Shown here: positions 1 through 14,743 of the stretch, piece by piece
Layout: every line of letters starts with the position of its first letter
Position numbering within the stretch: the stretch's first letter is position 1
NCBI GenBank assembly: GCA_964016885.1
Contig: OZ024743.1
Span: forward strand, 123,070,001 to 123,134,000
DNA length: 64,000 bases
Reading direction: 5' to 3'
DNA from: Eledone cirrhosa
Taxonomy: Eukaryota
Notes under the pieces: generated by a model
Database searches by the model: none
The model's input: only the letters and a program-made list of their open reading frames with translations
Told to the model about the DNA's origin: nothing
Translations under genes and position numbers: made by a program

Positions 1-90
1 TCATGAAATTTTAAACAGAAAAACTGATTCGAACCAGCAACCCCTACCCAGCAAAAGAAAAACCTAGAATAACAAAAACTGAGATCTATG

Positions 91-146
<56 letters not shown>

Positions 147-949
147 GCAGAGAGCGATGTTATAAAAATAATCGATATAATCAACAACGAATTCTGGCCA
201 ATGATTGATGGTTTTGGTGCAGAATACATACACTTTTAGATCGAATTTCGTTTAATATCTAAAGTATAAATTACGAATATCACACAACTATCGGCGTATT
301 TGCTATGATGGAATGAGATGCCAACTTTGAGGTCATGTGACAAAGGGGTACTGTAAATAAAGTCGACTCTTATAATATAATGAACCCAGTGGGGCACCAG
401 GAAATTTGACCCATTGTTGAATTATTCAGCTTTGGGATTTTCAGGCGCTTTACTTCTCATATTGGGAAACTTAGAAAGAACTCTTAGTTCAAACTGAGAA
501 TCATTAGTTAGATGGAAATATTTAGTGGCTTTCAATCCTTTGAGTTCTTTCGTATCATATATCATAGGAATATATGATAATAAAAATATTTCACACAGAA
601 TCAACTTTGCTATTTATAATATGCTATAGTTAACAAATGTCGATTTTATCATAACAGCGATGGTTTTACATATTTCACAATATGGTCATTGCAAGTCCAT
701 CCGCACATCGTTCAAAGTGTATAATCTACTTTATTTATTTCTTACACTAATATTATGGGTACGATCAACAGACTGGGAAATATACGAGGGAAAACTTTAC
801 GTAATTGGTGGGGTTCAGTTGCTACTCCCTTCCAAATTAGGCCCTTTGTACTTCCACACAATTAGCCCAGCGATATTTCTCCTGCCTGGTGCACGTCTGA
901 AATGCTTTATCCGTAATGGATCTCAACTCCACCGTGGCAGTTCGAATGA

Positions 950-1620
950 TATTCTTAAAGCGGGAGACTTTTAATGGCTTATTCTTGCTGGAGAGTAACC
1001 AGAGCGATGACTAAAGAGTAGAGAGACTGGTAAATGAGAAAAGTGCCTTTCTTTCTTTGTAAACAAACCCCCCAAAATAGGATCAGCTGCGATGAATGAA
1101 GCTGCCAGCTTTCCGAGAACAATAGATCCGATTTCACGCACAGAATTGCACCACGAAGAAGACGGAGGATATTCATGATAATTCTCCTTTTTAATTGTTT
1201 GTCTTTCTAGTGCATATTCATCATGCACGACACTTTATGTCTGTACGGGCTGGGTTCAACAGTCTACAAGTAGGGTTAGTAGCCAAACCGGCCTCGAGAT
1301 CCTTAAAGATGGGAGATAGGTGCTTGCATTCTCTATTGATGCTAATTTAAGCCAATGGGTTTGGTTTTGTACTTCGACGTTATAGTTTTTCGGGCCTAGT
1401 GGTTGTAGACTGTTAAACCCAGAACATTCAGAGATGGGGCTTGTTCACAAATCTATTCTTAGAGGACTAGGTATGACCATTAGGAATAAATCCAACCTAT
1501 TCCAGTGGGAAGACAGCGACTCTGCTGTTAAGTCGTTCAACTCCTTCAGTACCAACAAGATTAAATTCACCAAGTTTGACACTGTGTACTCTCTTGTGTT
1601 TGACATTGTGTATTCTCGGC
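950..1620 (+). mobile_element. Decayed Penelope-like element, RT N-terminal fragment
   Basis: Translation from ~1401 gives GCRLLNPEHSEMGLVHKSIL...IRNKSNLFQWEDSDSAVKSF...FTKFD, matching the PLE RT pattern CRLINP..SE.G..SK.IL...NQW.NT..V..WF...FD. The upstream boundary is approximate. Confidence 0.6.
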
Positions 1621-3539
1621 GAATCTGTTGGATAAAGCGTTGGAGTTCGTCAATACATATACACTCTCAGGCCTTGAATAATCGTCCCAATCCCGAACTT
1701 ATTAATTTTTCAGATTCTTTCCAAACTTAAATTTTGCTAAATTTTCTTAGAAGTGATTCATATTGATACAGCAGCCAGAGAATCTGATGACATTTCATTT
1801 ACATTAAAAAAGAATAAAACGTTACATATGACACAAGACGAACATTACAATAAATCACATATTTACGTACACTATTCAATTACCAAAACCCACACCATTT
1901 ATTCAAAACCCCACTGATAAGAATTTAAGCAAATGACAAACACACACTTATTTCACTACCTATTATTTGGTTTTGCCTGTAAGACCTGTTCAGCGTTTTT
2001 TTCCTGAGACATTCTATCCACGTGTCTTTAATATCGGATCTGTGATCACTTAATTCAGAGTAGTGGCTCTACCTGGAGCAACACCCTGACCTCCGAGCTA
2101 TGCACTTTATCGAGTAATGCAACTCCAAAACCCTTCGGAGGAACCCTATTTTCGCGACTTGTATTCGCCATCATATTCTTTCGGGCTTTACTTAATCGGG
2201 GATTAATGACCAAATGTAAGGTTCAGCATGAATGCCGAATTAAAGATAGCGGATTTGACTTTTACACCTACATCTCTACATCCAAAATATATTTTTTAGT
2301 TGAAATGCTGTAAATTACGATGTATTTCTGAGGTTCAGTTCAATTTCGTTCAATCGCAGATGAGTATTACACAATATATTGACTTCAACATAAACACTCA
2401 CACAATCACACACATACACACTCATACACACTCACACACAAATATGTTAACAATTCAATTAATATAATATTCTTGTGATATTTAAACAGGCAAATGTTTC
2501 TAATTATTTGCTTTGCTCCATGGTTATTGACAGGAGTAGAAGATATTTGATTATTGACATTCAAACGTAATGTCAATCTTTAATACACTCTATTCAATTC
2601 TTAGGAACAAGTATAATTACAACTTACAGCTACAAACGTTATTCCATCACACGCACGCGCACCACACACACACACACACACACATGTAGGTGCGCCAACA
2701 CGCCGACTTGAGATCTTCAATTGTCACGAAATAACTTACATTCATTGTTGGAAATGATAATGGGAAATGTTTTTCACTTTGGAACAGCCATTAGTTCATC
2801 AAATAGATCGACATTTATTATAGATTACTTATCATCTGTAGTCACTTGAAGAGCGTAATCATCAATACTATAATTTCCAAACCTAATAAACCTAATTAAA
2901 AGAAGAAAAATTAAACCATCTTCAATATATTTCTAAACCTAATAAACTTAACTCAAAGCTCTGTTCATATTTGAAACGATTGATACAATTCTTTCAAATC
3001 TCTTTTTGATTTGATATTCATAGTTGTAACTTTCTGTGACATCTTAAAGCATTCATCATTTCTGTTTTATTAAAGGCAAACAAAGACGATAAATGATATT
3101 TGAAGTTTGCAAATCAAGTGGTTCTTGGATATTTCAAGTATTTGATTAATATGAAATATTTCAGCAAAATTGTTGTAAGACGTTAAAATGTCATTTAGTC
3201 TCAAAGATTGAAAGATGGAAAGATTTTCTCACCTATTATTTTTATAAAAATCTAATATTGGATGAAGATTGATCTTCAAAGTAAATATTATTATCTTTAA
3301 TCTGTGTTTCTGCAACACGATAAATGACACTTTCGTAGATTTTAAACTGTTGCATTATATACTGATAGATACATATGTGCTTGTTCTTCTGGTTTTATTA
3401 TTTTATGAATTTTCACGAATAGAGAAAGAGAGAGCTGGTTTCTAACAAGGAACGCAAGACTCTTTCATTGGACTTTCGCATCAAATAAATAAATACATAT
3501 TTATCTCAGCATTTGTTTGTGTGTGTGTATGTACATATA

Positions 3540-3683
<144 letters not shown>

Positions 3684-3769
3684 CGCGCGTGCGTGCGTGC
3701 GTGCGCGTGTGTGTGCGTGTGCGTGCGTGTGTGTATGTATAGATGTTATTGTATGTGTGGATCTGCATG

Positions 3770-4812
3770 TTTTCAGGTGTGTTTCTGTGTCGGTATATGT
3801 GTATTAGTGGACTGTATTTGCAACTTCCTAACTAGTCGTGCTCTTTCCGGTTTTGTAAAGCCTAACTTCTCAAGATTTATACTATGGCATTTAGTAACGT
3901 ACCCAAGAATTCCAATGACCACAGTTACAAATCTAAAGGCATAGTCAGGGTGGGATATCTGCATATTCCCCAATAGTCCACCATAAATGTTGTTTTCATT
4001 GATCTTTAGCATTATATTGAGATTTGGTGTGCAGCTGATTTCCTTTCTCTCTCCCATATCACTATGTCTGGTTTGTAGTGTTTGCATTTTATTGAGGTTT
4101 TGACTGGAACATTGCATCAGTACTTTCATATTAAAAATGCATATGTTCTCCACATTGCTGTAACATTTTACATTTATTTTCCGGGCGATTCCCTTCTACG
4201 GATTGCATTGTATGGTGCTTTTGCCTCTACATCATGCTTCATTGGACATGACATCTTTGGACAGCTGCTTATGATATGGGTGACATCTTCGATGTTAATT
4301 TCGTAGAGTCTGCATTGGCTGTCACATCTATGTGTTTTGTCTGCATCTCTATCTCTTTTGCCACTCTAATATTTTGTAGTTAATTCCTGTTCTTGGTTTG
4401 CAAAAGCGTACCATTCAAAGTGAGAGCTACTATAGAGGTTGTTGGTCCGATACAAACTACTTTGCTTATTTAGAATACTCTCACTTTTTATCTTCCTGGC
4501 AACATAGCCATGTATAATTTTTGCTAAGGCATAGATATCGTTTGGTACCGTTGTAAGGTCTGGACTTTTCAAGTATCTTCCAAGTAATCGTATGTGGGAC
4601 TCATTTCTCTTTTAATTGCCAGACTCTTTTAGCCAGAGCGCGGAAAGTTCTTGTATCAGTATTACTGAAGGAGTGGAGATGCGAGTAAACTGGCTATCTG
4701 CTTTGTCAAAAATGTGGGCATGTGTTTGTGAGTCTATGTGGTGTGAAATACACCATGTAATAAAGAGTTGCATCTTCCTTCCGAAGCAAGCTTCATAAAC
4801 TGCCCATAAACA
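3770..4812 (-). mobile_element. 3' fragment of RLE-type non-LTR retrotransposon (R4/Dong clade), copy 1
   Basis: Frameshifted motifs in order: SSHFEWYAFANQEQELTTKY; EDVTHIISSCPKMS (zinc knuckle); KPDIVIW; EISC; YAFRFVTVVIGILGYV..LEKLG..LQ (PD-(D/E)xK endonuclease). The 3' end runs into (CA)n. Confidence 0.75.
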
Positions 4813-5199
4813 TTAAAGAATACTCGTATAAATGCTTTTTCCTTACAAAAACATTTCGTGAAATGTCAAAACGAGGATGTTGCGGTCACCGTCAAAACCA
4901 CGGAACAGAATATTGGACATTTTCTCCTTATTAATATATATGATCCCAGACAATAATAATATACGTCTGGCTCGGTCGTCAGGCGACTGTATATTATTAT
5001 TGTCTGGAATCCAGAAACCTTTGGGAATGGAGTAGTTATATTTTGTATTGTTCACTTTCTAAATATATATATATATATATAATTTATATACATACATATA
5101 AATATATACATACGTTTTGTACAATCGTTTGCCATTATAACCTATAACGTACAGATATTTCTTTTCCTTCTTCTTATCTATTGTTCTGCTTCTAGATCC

Positions 5200-5500
5200 A
5201 ATGCAGAACCGATCCCTAATCTTTGGCACCAAATAAAAATAGTAGGGTGTTTTTTCAGATACTTTGGTGTACAAGTCTTTGCGCCAATGAAATACTGCTA
5301 TTTCCCTTGTTTCATTGCCCCGAAAGATGTATAGGCGGGAGCAGTTACGGTTCCCCATTCATATGTACTGTGTGGTATGCTGGAGTATTGTTAGTGCTTT
5401 TTGTTGATAAATAATCTCCTTGTACTTAGGTGTGTGGAGATATGCAGGAATGATTAAGGTGATGTTGAAGTAATCTGATAAGATAAAGCAATTATGACAC
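5200..5500 (-). mobile_element. Possible decayed PLE RT core fragment (copy at ~9202-9502)
   Basis: Minus-strand frames give GTVTAPAYT (cf. GTAMGT..AP.YA) and KIRDRFCIG (cf. RYIDD.F.IW). Heavily degenerate. Confidence 0.4.
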
Positions 5501-6880
5501 ACAGACTGACAGACACAGACACACACAGACACACACACACACATAGCCCCCCCCCCTATATATATATATATATAGATAGATATAGAATAAGAAAAAGCGA
5601 AGTAGTTTCAGATGTTAAAGTCCTTTAATGATAATGCTGTGATACATATTTCAATGGCGACAGTGGCCACACGGTTCTGTGCGCCAGTGCCCCGACATCG
5701 TCAGACAGCGTGTTACATAATAAGGTTATGTTTCCGAGGCAATCCAAATTGAATCGACATGGGAACGGACAAAGAGTGTGCTCTTGAGTTCTTCGGCCGT
5801 TCCATTGTGAGTACCAATTCACCCCCACCGGTTGCGCAAGCACAGGTCCGAAGGAAGTTGACCATCAACTACCGCAGAGTTCTACGAAACTCGCCCAGGC
5901 AGGTCCCCCTATCAACCAAACAATGACCCCACCAGGCCGTTAATATGACACGGTTATAGCTTACTGCTAGCCACCCTGTTGGTGGCAGCCGGCCGAAAGC
6001 TAGTGGGGTTGGGAGAGTATGAGTATCAATAGGTCTCAATACTACCCCTAAAATTAAGCATGGACAGTAGAATTGACCATCAACCTCTAAGAGAATATAT
6101 ACTTATTTCTAGGTATTATGGTTTCACAGTGGAAATTATGAATGAGAGTTGGAAATTAAAACTAAAAATTAAAATCAAAAATCAAAATCAAAAATTTAAA
6201 AAATTACAAGTTAGAATCTAGATTGAAGTAAGTAAAAAAAATATATATGCACATATAATAACTAATAAATAGGGTGATGTTTAAGTTATAGTAATAAGTT
6301 TTGAAAGGGGGATCAATGTTACAGATATATTATCTACATATTGAACGATAGTACCGTACAGTAGAACGGAGGGTAAATTACAGTATGAAAGGTAGTAGTT
6401 AATATCTCTATCACATGGAACAAAGCCAAAAAATACAAATATAAAATACACAAAAATACGAAAAATACATAAAATACATAGATGCAAAAAGAGATAGGAG
6501 ATACATATGTAAAATGAGATAGGAGATATATATGAGAAATATATATATAGGAACTAGGTAAACTGCATGTAAATGAGGATATACGTGGTTAATATGATTG
6601 TCAATTTGTCCATATAAAGATTTGTTATCTGGTGAAGTGAGGGGGCTTCTGTTCGAGGCCTCTGTGCAAATGCAATTTGCTGCAGGAAAATAGGGGTTTA
6701 TCGTTGTTTTTATTTCCCCGTATTTATCCTGTCGAAAGTTAGTTTATCATTTTATGTCAGTCCAGTATCAAGGATTTCCATCCCCATGTTAGAGGGAATT
6801 TCCGGGTGTAGCTGGTTGCTGGTTCCTCTCTTCTCCACTATATCGGTTACACCATAGAGCGCTCAACGTTTTGGAGCAGC

Positions 6881-6978
<98 letters not shown>

Positions 6979-7088
6979 GTAACACAACAGTTAGTTCATC
7001 ATATCGAGAACAATTGTTTCACCTTAGCGGATCTTCAGCTCGTAATGGACATGGTTATACGGAACATTGTTCTACCTCTCTCTCCCAT

Positions 7089-7168
<80 letters not shown>

Positions 7169-7216
7169 ATTACAAATTCGGTATAAATATGTATGGATAG
7201 GAACACACAGTCAATA

Positions 7217-7411
7217 GGGCGTGTTGTGAAATGGCAGTATCGGTAGAGGGTTGGACGCCATGCTTTCCAGCATAGTTACGTCTCTTTACGATCTGAGTTC
7301 AAATCCTGCCGAGGTTAACTTTGCCTTTCATCCTTACGGGGTCGATAACATAAAGTACCAGTAATGTATTGGGTAATTGCTGGCCTTGTGCCTAAAGTAG
7401 AAACAATTATT
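7217..7411 (+). mobile_element. tRNA-derived SINE family 1 (duplicate at 11228-11422)
   Basis: A box TGGCAGTATCGG and B box GAGTTCAAATCC. Central GCCTTTCATCCT..GGGGTCGATAA..AGTACCAG resembles the Nin/Deu domain. At least 8 copies in the window. Confidence 0.85.
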
Positions 7412-7429
7412 TTAAACAGTGACATATAT

Positions 7430-7475
7430 AGGTACTTAAGTTTCGTTGGGTTGTGCACCCCAACTCATTCAGCCT
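7430..7475 (-). ncRNA. Type I hammerhead ribozyme motif with a 1-nt core insertion (duplicate at 11441-11486)
   Basis: Minus strand reads agg CTGAATGA gttggg-gtgcacaa-cccaac GAAAC ttaa GTA cct. Stems I, II and III all pair. Confidence 0.7.
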
Positions 7476-7599
7476 GTTATACAAACAAAGAAGTGTTTTA
7501 AAAGTATAAGAGAGGTCTTAGGGTAGCTAATCCAATATATATATATATGCTGGATTATATGTATGTGTGAGTGTGTGCATTTGCATATATATACGTGTA

Positions 7600-7685
<86 letters not shown>

Positions 7686-7771
7686 CGCGCGTGCGTGCGT
7701 GCGTGCGCGTGTGTGTGCGTGTGCGTGCGTGTGTGTATGTATAGATGTTATTGTATGTGTGGATCTGCATG

Positions 7772-8814
7772 TTTTCAGGTGTGTTTCTGTGTCGGTATAT
7801 GTGTATTAGTGGACTGTATTTGCAACTTCCTAACTAGTCGTGCTCTTTCCGGTTTTGTAAAGCCTAACTTCTCAAGATTTATACTATGGCATTTAGTAAC
7901 GTACCCAAGAATTCCAATGACCACAGTTACAAATCTAAAGGCATAGTCAGGGTGGGATATCTGCATATTCCCCAATAGTCCACCATAAATGTTGTTTTCA
8001 TTGATCTTTAGCATTATATTGAGATTTGGTGTGCAGCTGATTTCCTTTCTCTCTCCCATATCACTATGTCTGGTTTGTAGTGTTTGCATTTTATTGAGGT
8101 TTTGACTGGAACATTGCATCAGTACTTTCATATTAAAAATGCATATGTTCTCCACATTGCTGTAACATTTTACATTTATTTTCCGGGCGATTCCCTTCTA
8201 CGGATTGCATTGTATGGTGCTTTTGCCTCTACATCATGCTTCATTGGACATGACATCTTTGGACAGCTGCTTATGATATGGGTGACATCTTCGATGTTAA
8301 TTTCGTAGAGTCTGCATTGGCTGTCACATCTATGTGTTTTGTCTGCATCTCTATCTCTTTTGCCACTCTAATATTTTGTAGTTAATTCCTGTTCTTGGTT
8401 TGCAAAAGCGTACCATTCAAAGTGAGAGCTACTATAGAGGTTGTTGGTCCGATACAAACTACTTTGCTTATTTAGAATACTCTCACTTTTTATCTTCCTG
8501 GCAACATAGCCATGTATAATTTTTGCTAAGGCATAGATATCGTTTGGTACCGTTGTAAGGTCTGGACTTTTCAAGTATCTTCCAAGTAATCGTATGTGGG
8601 ACTCATTTCTCTTTTAATTGCCAGACTCTTTTAGCCAGAGCGCGGAAAGTTCTTGTATCAGTATTACTGAAGGAGTGGAGATGCGAGTAAACTGGCTATC
8701 TGCTTTGTCAAAAATGTGGGCATGTGTTTGTGAGTCTATGTGGTGTGAAATACACCATGTAATAAAGAGTTGCATCTTCCTTCCGAAGCAAGCTTCATAA
8801 ACTGCCCATAAACA
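7772..8814 (-). mobile_element. R4/Dong-type RLE LINE 3' fragment, copy 2 (inside the tandem duplication)
   Basis: Same sequence as 3770-4812 at offset +4002. Confidence 0.75.
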
Positions 8815-10883
8815 TTAAAGAATACTCGTATAAATGCTTTTTCCTTACAAAAACATTTCGTGAAATGTCAAAACGAGGATGTTGCGGTCACCGTCAAAAC
8901 CACGGAACAGAATATTGGACATTTTCTCCTTATTAATATATATGATCCCAGACAATAATAATATACGTCTGGCTCGGTCGTCAGGCGACTGTATATTATT
9001 ATTGTCTGGAATCCAGAAACCTTTGGGAATGGAGTAGTTATATTTTGTATTGTTCACTTTCTAAATATATATATATATATATAATTTATATACATACATA
9101 TAAATATATACATACGTTTTGTACAATCGTTTGCCATTATAACCTATAACGTACAGATATTTCTTTTCCTTCTTCTTATCTATTGTTCTGCTTCTAGATC
9201 CAATGCAGAACCGATCCCTAATCTTTGGCACCAAATAAAAATAGTAGGGTGTTTTTTCAGATACTTTGGTGTACAAGTCTTTGCGCCAATGAAATACTGC
9301 TATTTCCCTTGTTTCATTGCCCCGAAAGATGTATAGGCGGGAGCAGTTACGGTTCCCCATTCATATGTACTGTGTGGTATGCTGGAGTATTGTTAGTGCT
9401 TTTTGTTGATAAATAATCTCCTTGTACTTAGGTGTGTGGAGATATGCAGGAATGATTAAGGTGATGTTGAAGTAATCTGATAAGATAAAGCAATTATGAC
9501 ACACAGACTGACAGACACAGACACACACAGACACACACACACACATAGCCCCCCCCCCTATATATATATATATATAGATAGATATAGAATAAGAAAAAGC
9601 GAAGTAGTTTCAGATGTTAAAGTCCTTTAATGATAATGCTGTGATACATATTTCAATGGCGACAGTGGCCACACGGTTCTGTGCGCCAGTGCCCCGACAT
9701 CGTCAGACAGCGTGTTACATAATAAGGTTATGTTTCCGAGGCAATCCAAATTGAATCGACATGGGAACGGACAAAGAGTGTGCTCTTGAGTTCTTCGGCC
9801 GTTCCATTGTGAGTACCAATTCACCCCCACCGGTTGCGCAAGCACAGGTCCGAAGGAAGTTGACCATCAACTACCGCAGAGTTCTACGAAACTCGCCCAG
9901 GCAGGTCCCCCTATCAACCAAACAATGACCCCATCCAGGCCGTTAATATGACACGGTTATAGCTTACTGCTAGCCACCCTGTTGGTGGCAGCCGGCCGAA
10001 AGCTAGTGGGGTTGGGAGAGTATGAGTATCAATAGGTCTCAATACTACCCCTAAAATTAAGCATGGACAGTAGAATTGACCATCAACCTCTAAGAGAATA
10101 TATACTTATTTCTAGGTATTATGGTTTCACAGTGGAAATTATGAATGAGAGTTGGAAATTAAAACTAAAAATTAAAATCAAAAATCAAAATCAAAAATTT
10201 AAAAAATTACAAGTTAGAATCTAGATTGAAGTAAGTAAAAAAAATATATATGCACATATAATAACTAATAAATAGGGTGATGTTTAAGTTATAGTAATAA
10301 GTTTTGAAAGGGGGATCAATGTTACAGATATATTATCTACATATTGAACGATAGTACCGTACAGTAGAACGGAGGGTAAATTACAGTATGAAAGGTAGTA
10401 GTTAATATCTCTATCACATGGAACAAAGCCAAAAAATACAAATATAAAATACACAAAAATACGAAAAATACATAAAATACATAGATGCAAAAAGAGATAG
10501 GAGATACATATGTAAAATGAGATAGGAGATATATATGAGAAATATATATATAGGAACTAGGTAAACTGCATGTAAATGAGGATATACGTGGTTAATATGA
10601 TTGTCAATTTGTCCATATAAAGATTTGTTATCTGGTGAAGTGAGGGGGCTTCTGTTCGAGGCCTCTGTGCAAATGCAATTTGCTGCAGGAAAATAGGGGT
10701 TTATCGTTGTTTTTATTTCCCCGTATTTATCCTGTCGAAAGTTAGTTTATCATTTTATGTCAGTCCAGTATCAAGGATTTCCATCCCCATGTTAGAGGGA
10801 ATTTCCGGGTGTAGCTGGTTGCTGGTTCCTCTCTTCTCCACTATATCGGTTACACCATAGAGCGCTCAACGTTTTGGAGCAGC

Positions 10884-10989
<106 letters not shown>

Positions 10990-11099
10990 GTAACACAACA
11001 GTTAGTTCATCATATCGAGAACAATTGTTTCACCTTAGCGGATCTTCAGCTCGTAATGGACATGGTTATACGGAACATTGTTCTACCTCTCTCTCCCAT

Positions 11100-11179
<80 letters not shown>

Positions 11180-11610
11180 ATTACAAATTCGGTATAAATA
11201 TGTATGGATAGGAACACACAGTCAATAGGGCGTGTTGTGAAATGGCAGTATCGGTAGAGGGTTGGACGCCATGCTTTCCAGCATAGTTACGTCTCTTTAC
11301 GATCTGAGTTCAAATCCTGCCGAGGTTAACTTTGCCTTTCATCCTTACGGGGTCGATAACATAAAGTACCAGTAATGTATTGGGTAATTGCTGGCCTTGT
11401 GCCTAAAGTAGAAACAATTATTTTAAACAGTGACATATATAGGTACTTAAGTTTCGTTGGGTTGTGCACCCCAACTCATTCAGCCTGTTATACAAACAAA
11501 GAAGTGTTTTAAAAGTATAAGAGAGGTCTTAGGGTAGCTAATCCAATATATATATATATGCTGGATTATATGTATGTGTGAGTGTGTGCATTTGCATATA
11601 TATACGTGTA

Positions 11611-11693
<83 letters not shown>

Positions 11694-11959
11694 CAAAATT
11701 CAAAAAGACAAACACTACTACACTTTTTTTTTTTGATTGTTGAAAAAGGGAGGGAAAATGTTTCGACGAATTGTATGTTAGTCCTTCATGAGGAAAGAGT
11801 AAATTTATGAGAAAGAGGAGGCTGAAATCTGTTTAACAAGATTGTAGGTTACGAGGTGGTTGCGGAGCATCGAGGTCTATCATTGGTACTGTTATATGTG
11901 TGGGTGAGATGCATAATCTCTATATATATAATATAATATAATATAATATAATATAATAT

Positions 11960-12122
11960 AATTGTTTCTACTTTTGGCACAAGGCCAGCAAATAACCAGT
12001 ACATTACTGGTACTTTATTGTATCGACCCCAGCGGGATTTGAACTCAGATCGTAAAGGGCCGTAACTCTTTGCGTCAAAGCATGGCGTCCGACCCTCTAC
12101 TGATACTGCCAATCCACCGCCC
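11960..12122 (-). mobile_element. SINE family 1 copy with internal deletion
   Basis: Reverse complement of the family 1 sequence. Confidence 0.85.
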
Positions 12123-12231
12123 TATATATAATATAATATAATATAATATAATATAATATAATATAATATAATATAATATAATATAATATAATATAATATA
12201 ATATAATATAATATATATATATGTATATATA

Positions 12232-12428
12232 AAACCACAAACCCTCCATCTCAACTCACCATTTGAAAAGCAGAAGAACTGCGAAACCGGTAAAGGAACC
12301 AAATAAATATATATATTTAAAAAAAAAATAAGACTCCAGTTGCATTTTCGATTTCATCTCTTTTTCTTTATACTTTCACTCGTGTAGGACACCTCGGTTA
12401 TTTTTCATTTTGTAAAAAAAAACCTCAC

Positions 12429-12435
<7 letters not shown>
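12232..12435 (+). mobile_element. PLE-terminus-like repeat with degenerate HHR (second copy 59570-59708)
   Basis: TTGAAAA gcag-aagaa-ctgc GAAAC CG GTA aagg. Flanked by (TA)n and repeated at 59.6 kb. Confidence 0.55.
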
Positions 12436-12496
<61 letters not shown>

Positions 12497-13160
12497 CTGC
12501 TACTTCTGAAAAGAAGACGGCCATCTCTTCAACGAATTCTCTACTATTATGAACCACCGTCTACTGCAGGCTGCTGGCCTGAACGGGCTTTGTTTAGGTC
12601 ACCTTTTCTAAACACTCCCCATGTGGTATAGGTGATTAGTGTGTCTCCAAAAAGAGCTGCTTAGACGCTCAAATCTCTGCCAAAGCATGTTGTTATTCAG
12701 GTTAACGGTGCAGCGACTTTAGAATAAGGCTTGAGCCGCATATGTGTCGATTTGTGACTATGTGCTTCTAACTGGTCGAGTCTGCATACGTTGCTACTCC
12801 ACCAACCACCGCATTGGGACTTTCGAAGAAATATCTGCACAAAAAGATGGCAAGATAATAGGACAATTACAAAGATCACATGTGTTATTGTCATAGAGTA
12901 TAACCTCTCCAGGGGGGTATAGCCATACTGACCACGCTTGGCCAATTGCAGGTTGGTGAGTCTGTTTAATCCATAGGTGGTGTGGATGGTCGTTGAATTT
13001 GTGGAGTTCATCCGCTCTTTGACAGGTGTTTTTGTTTTTTTTGTACTGCTTGGTTTCCATTTACCCTCCTCAACAGACAAAGAACTGGTGGGGAAGCCGG
13101 TTTATTCGCTAACCACCCGACCATCACACAGGTCGGACTGGGTTACGTGATACTAATGGT

Positions 13161-13264
13161 AGGTTAAATAGTGTGTCTTGTTACTCTAGAGTTATGTCTG
13201 CGTCTCACAGGGTCGCGTGAGAAGCAGGCAAATCTCCAGAGTAACAAAACGCACTATTCAGCCT
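13161..13264. repeat. Imperfect hairpin, ~48-bp arms with 8-nt loop
   Basis: aggttaaatagtgtgtcttgttactctagag...tctcac pairs with gtgaga...ctccagagtaacaaaacgcactattcagcct. Confidence 0.8.
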
Positions 13265-13370
13265 TAATAAAATGAACATTTAAACTCTACTTCAGTATTG
13301 AGTACTTATATCTCTCGGCCGTCAACTAAATACGGATATATTATATATATATATATATATCCCCACGCAA

Positions 13371-13414
<44 letters not shown>

Positions 13415-13500
13415 ATATATATATATATACATACATACTGAAAGGCAGACAGAGATAATGGAGGAGTGACAGTGTATATATAGTTTCTTTTCCTTTGTTT

Positions 13501-13564
<64 letters not shown>

Positions 13565-14610
13565 GCACACATACACACACACACATATATATATATGTAT
13601 ATTTTTTTTCGTTTTTTCCTAATCGAAAATTTCTATGACCAATCTTTCTCTTTCTTGGTCCTAACATCTTTCTATTCCCTTTTTCTTCTCCGCTCAAAAA
13701 CAAAATGATGATAAAATAATAAAACAGAATAAAATAAGAAAGCAAGGTTACGAAAGAAGAATAACATCTGACCTTTACAATCTATGCCATGTTTTCCCTG
13801 AAGCCAACGAAAGATTGAAAACATTATTATTTCAATTAGAAGTATGGCCCAGCAAAGGTGAATTGTCGACCGAGAAAAACAAAGACAGTGCAGATGTCTA
13901 AACAAACTGTCGTGGCAATAATTCAGTATGGATTTTAATTGTCTCATACATATTTATATCTCAATTAACAACATCATATTTGATGCTTCGCAGATATGCA
14001 TATATCTCAGCAGAAACATATTACCATGCTTATACGCGCAAACATATATGCATATAACAATAGAAATACGTATATAAACACTCACAGTGGTGTATATATG
14101 CAAGAATGCATGCAAGTATATATACATGCAATCATATAGTCATTTATATTCACAACAAAATTTTGCATAAATTTTACACACACGCACACTACACACATGC
14201 ACACGCACACACACACACAGACACACAGGCATATATGGTGGGAAATTCTGTTGTTCGCATATATGCAGAAACAAATCAAAACTTGCATAGACAGCTAAAC
14301 ATTTGTACGGACATATGTACTCACCTAAGGGGTAAAGTCCATAACTAGAGTTATATACATATATTTTGGGTGACATATAAAAAAGGGGAAAAATGCAATA
14401 AAAATAAGTTACGTGTGTAAAATGCAAATATTTGTAGACATATTTCTGAATATCAAACGATTCATAAGTTCATCGTAGCAAGAATATAATTTTTTTCACC
14501 TAGAAATATAAATATCTCAAATAGCATATTTTTTTTATTTAAAAATAATCGGCTTATATATCTCTACCGTATTGTAAACAATACATGTTTATGTGTAGAA
14601 CTTAACTGTA

Positions 14611-14743
<133 letters not shown>

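Noticed and set aside
5970-6010. HHR-like ctgttgg tggc..gcc GAAA gc TA gtgg
   Set aside because: Two core mismatches and stem I out of register; at best a dead copy.
7217-7310. tRNA gene
   Set aside because: The A and B boxes belong to a multi-copy SINE head with no full cloverleaf.
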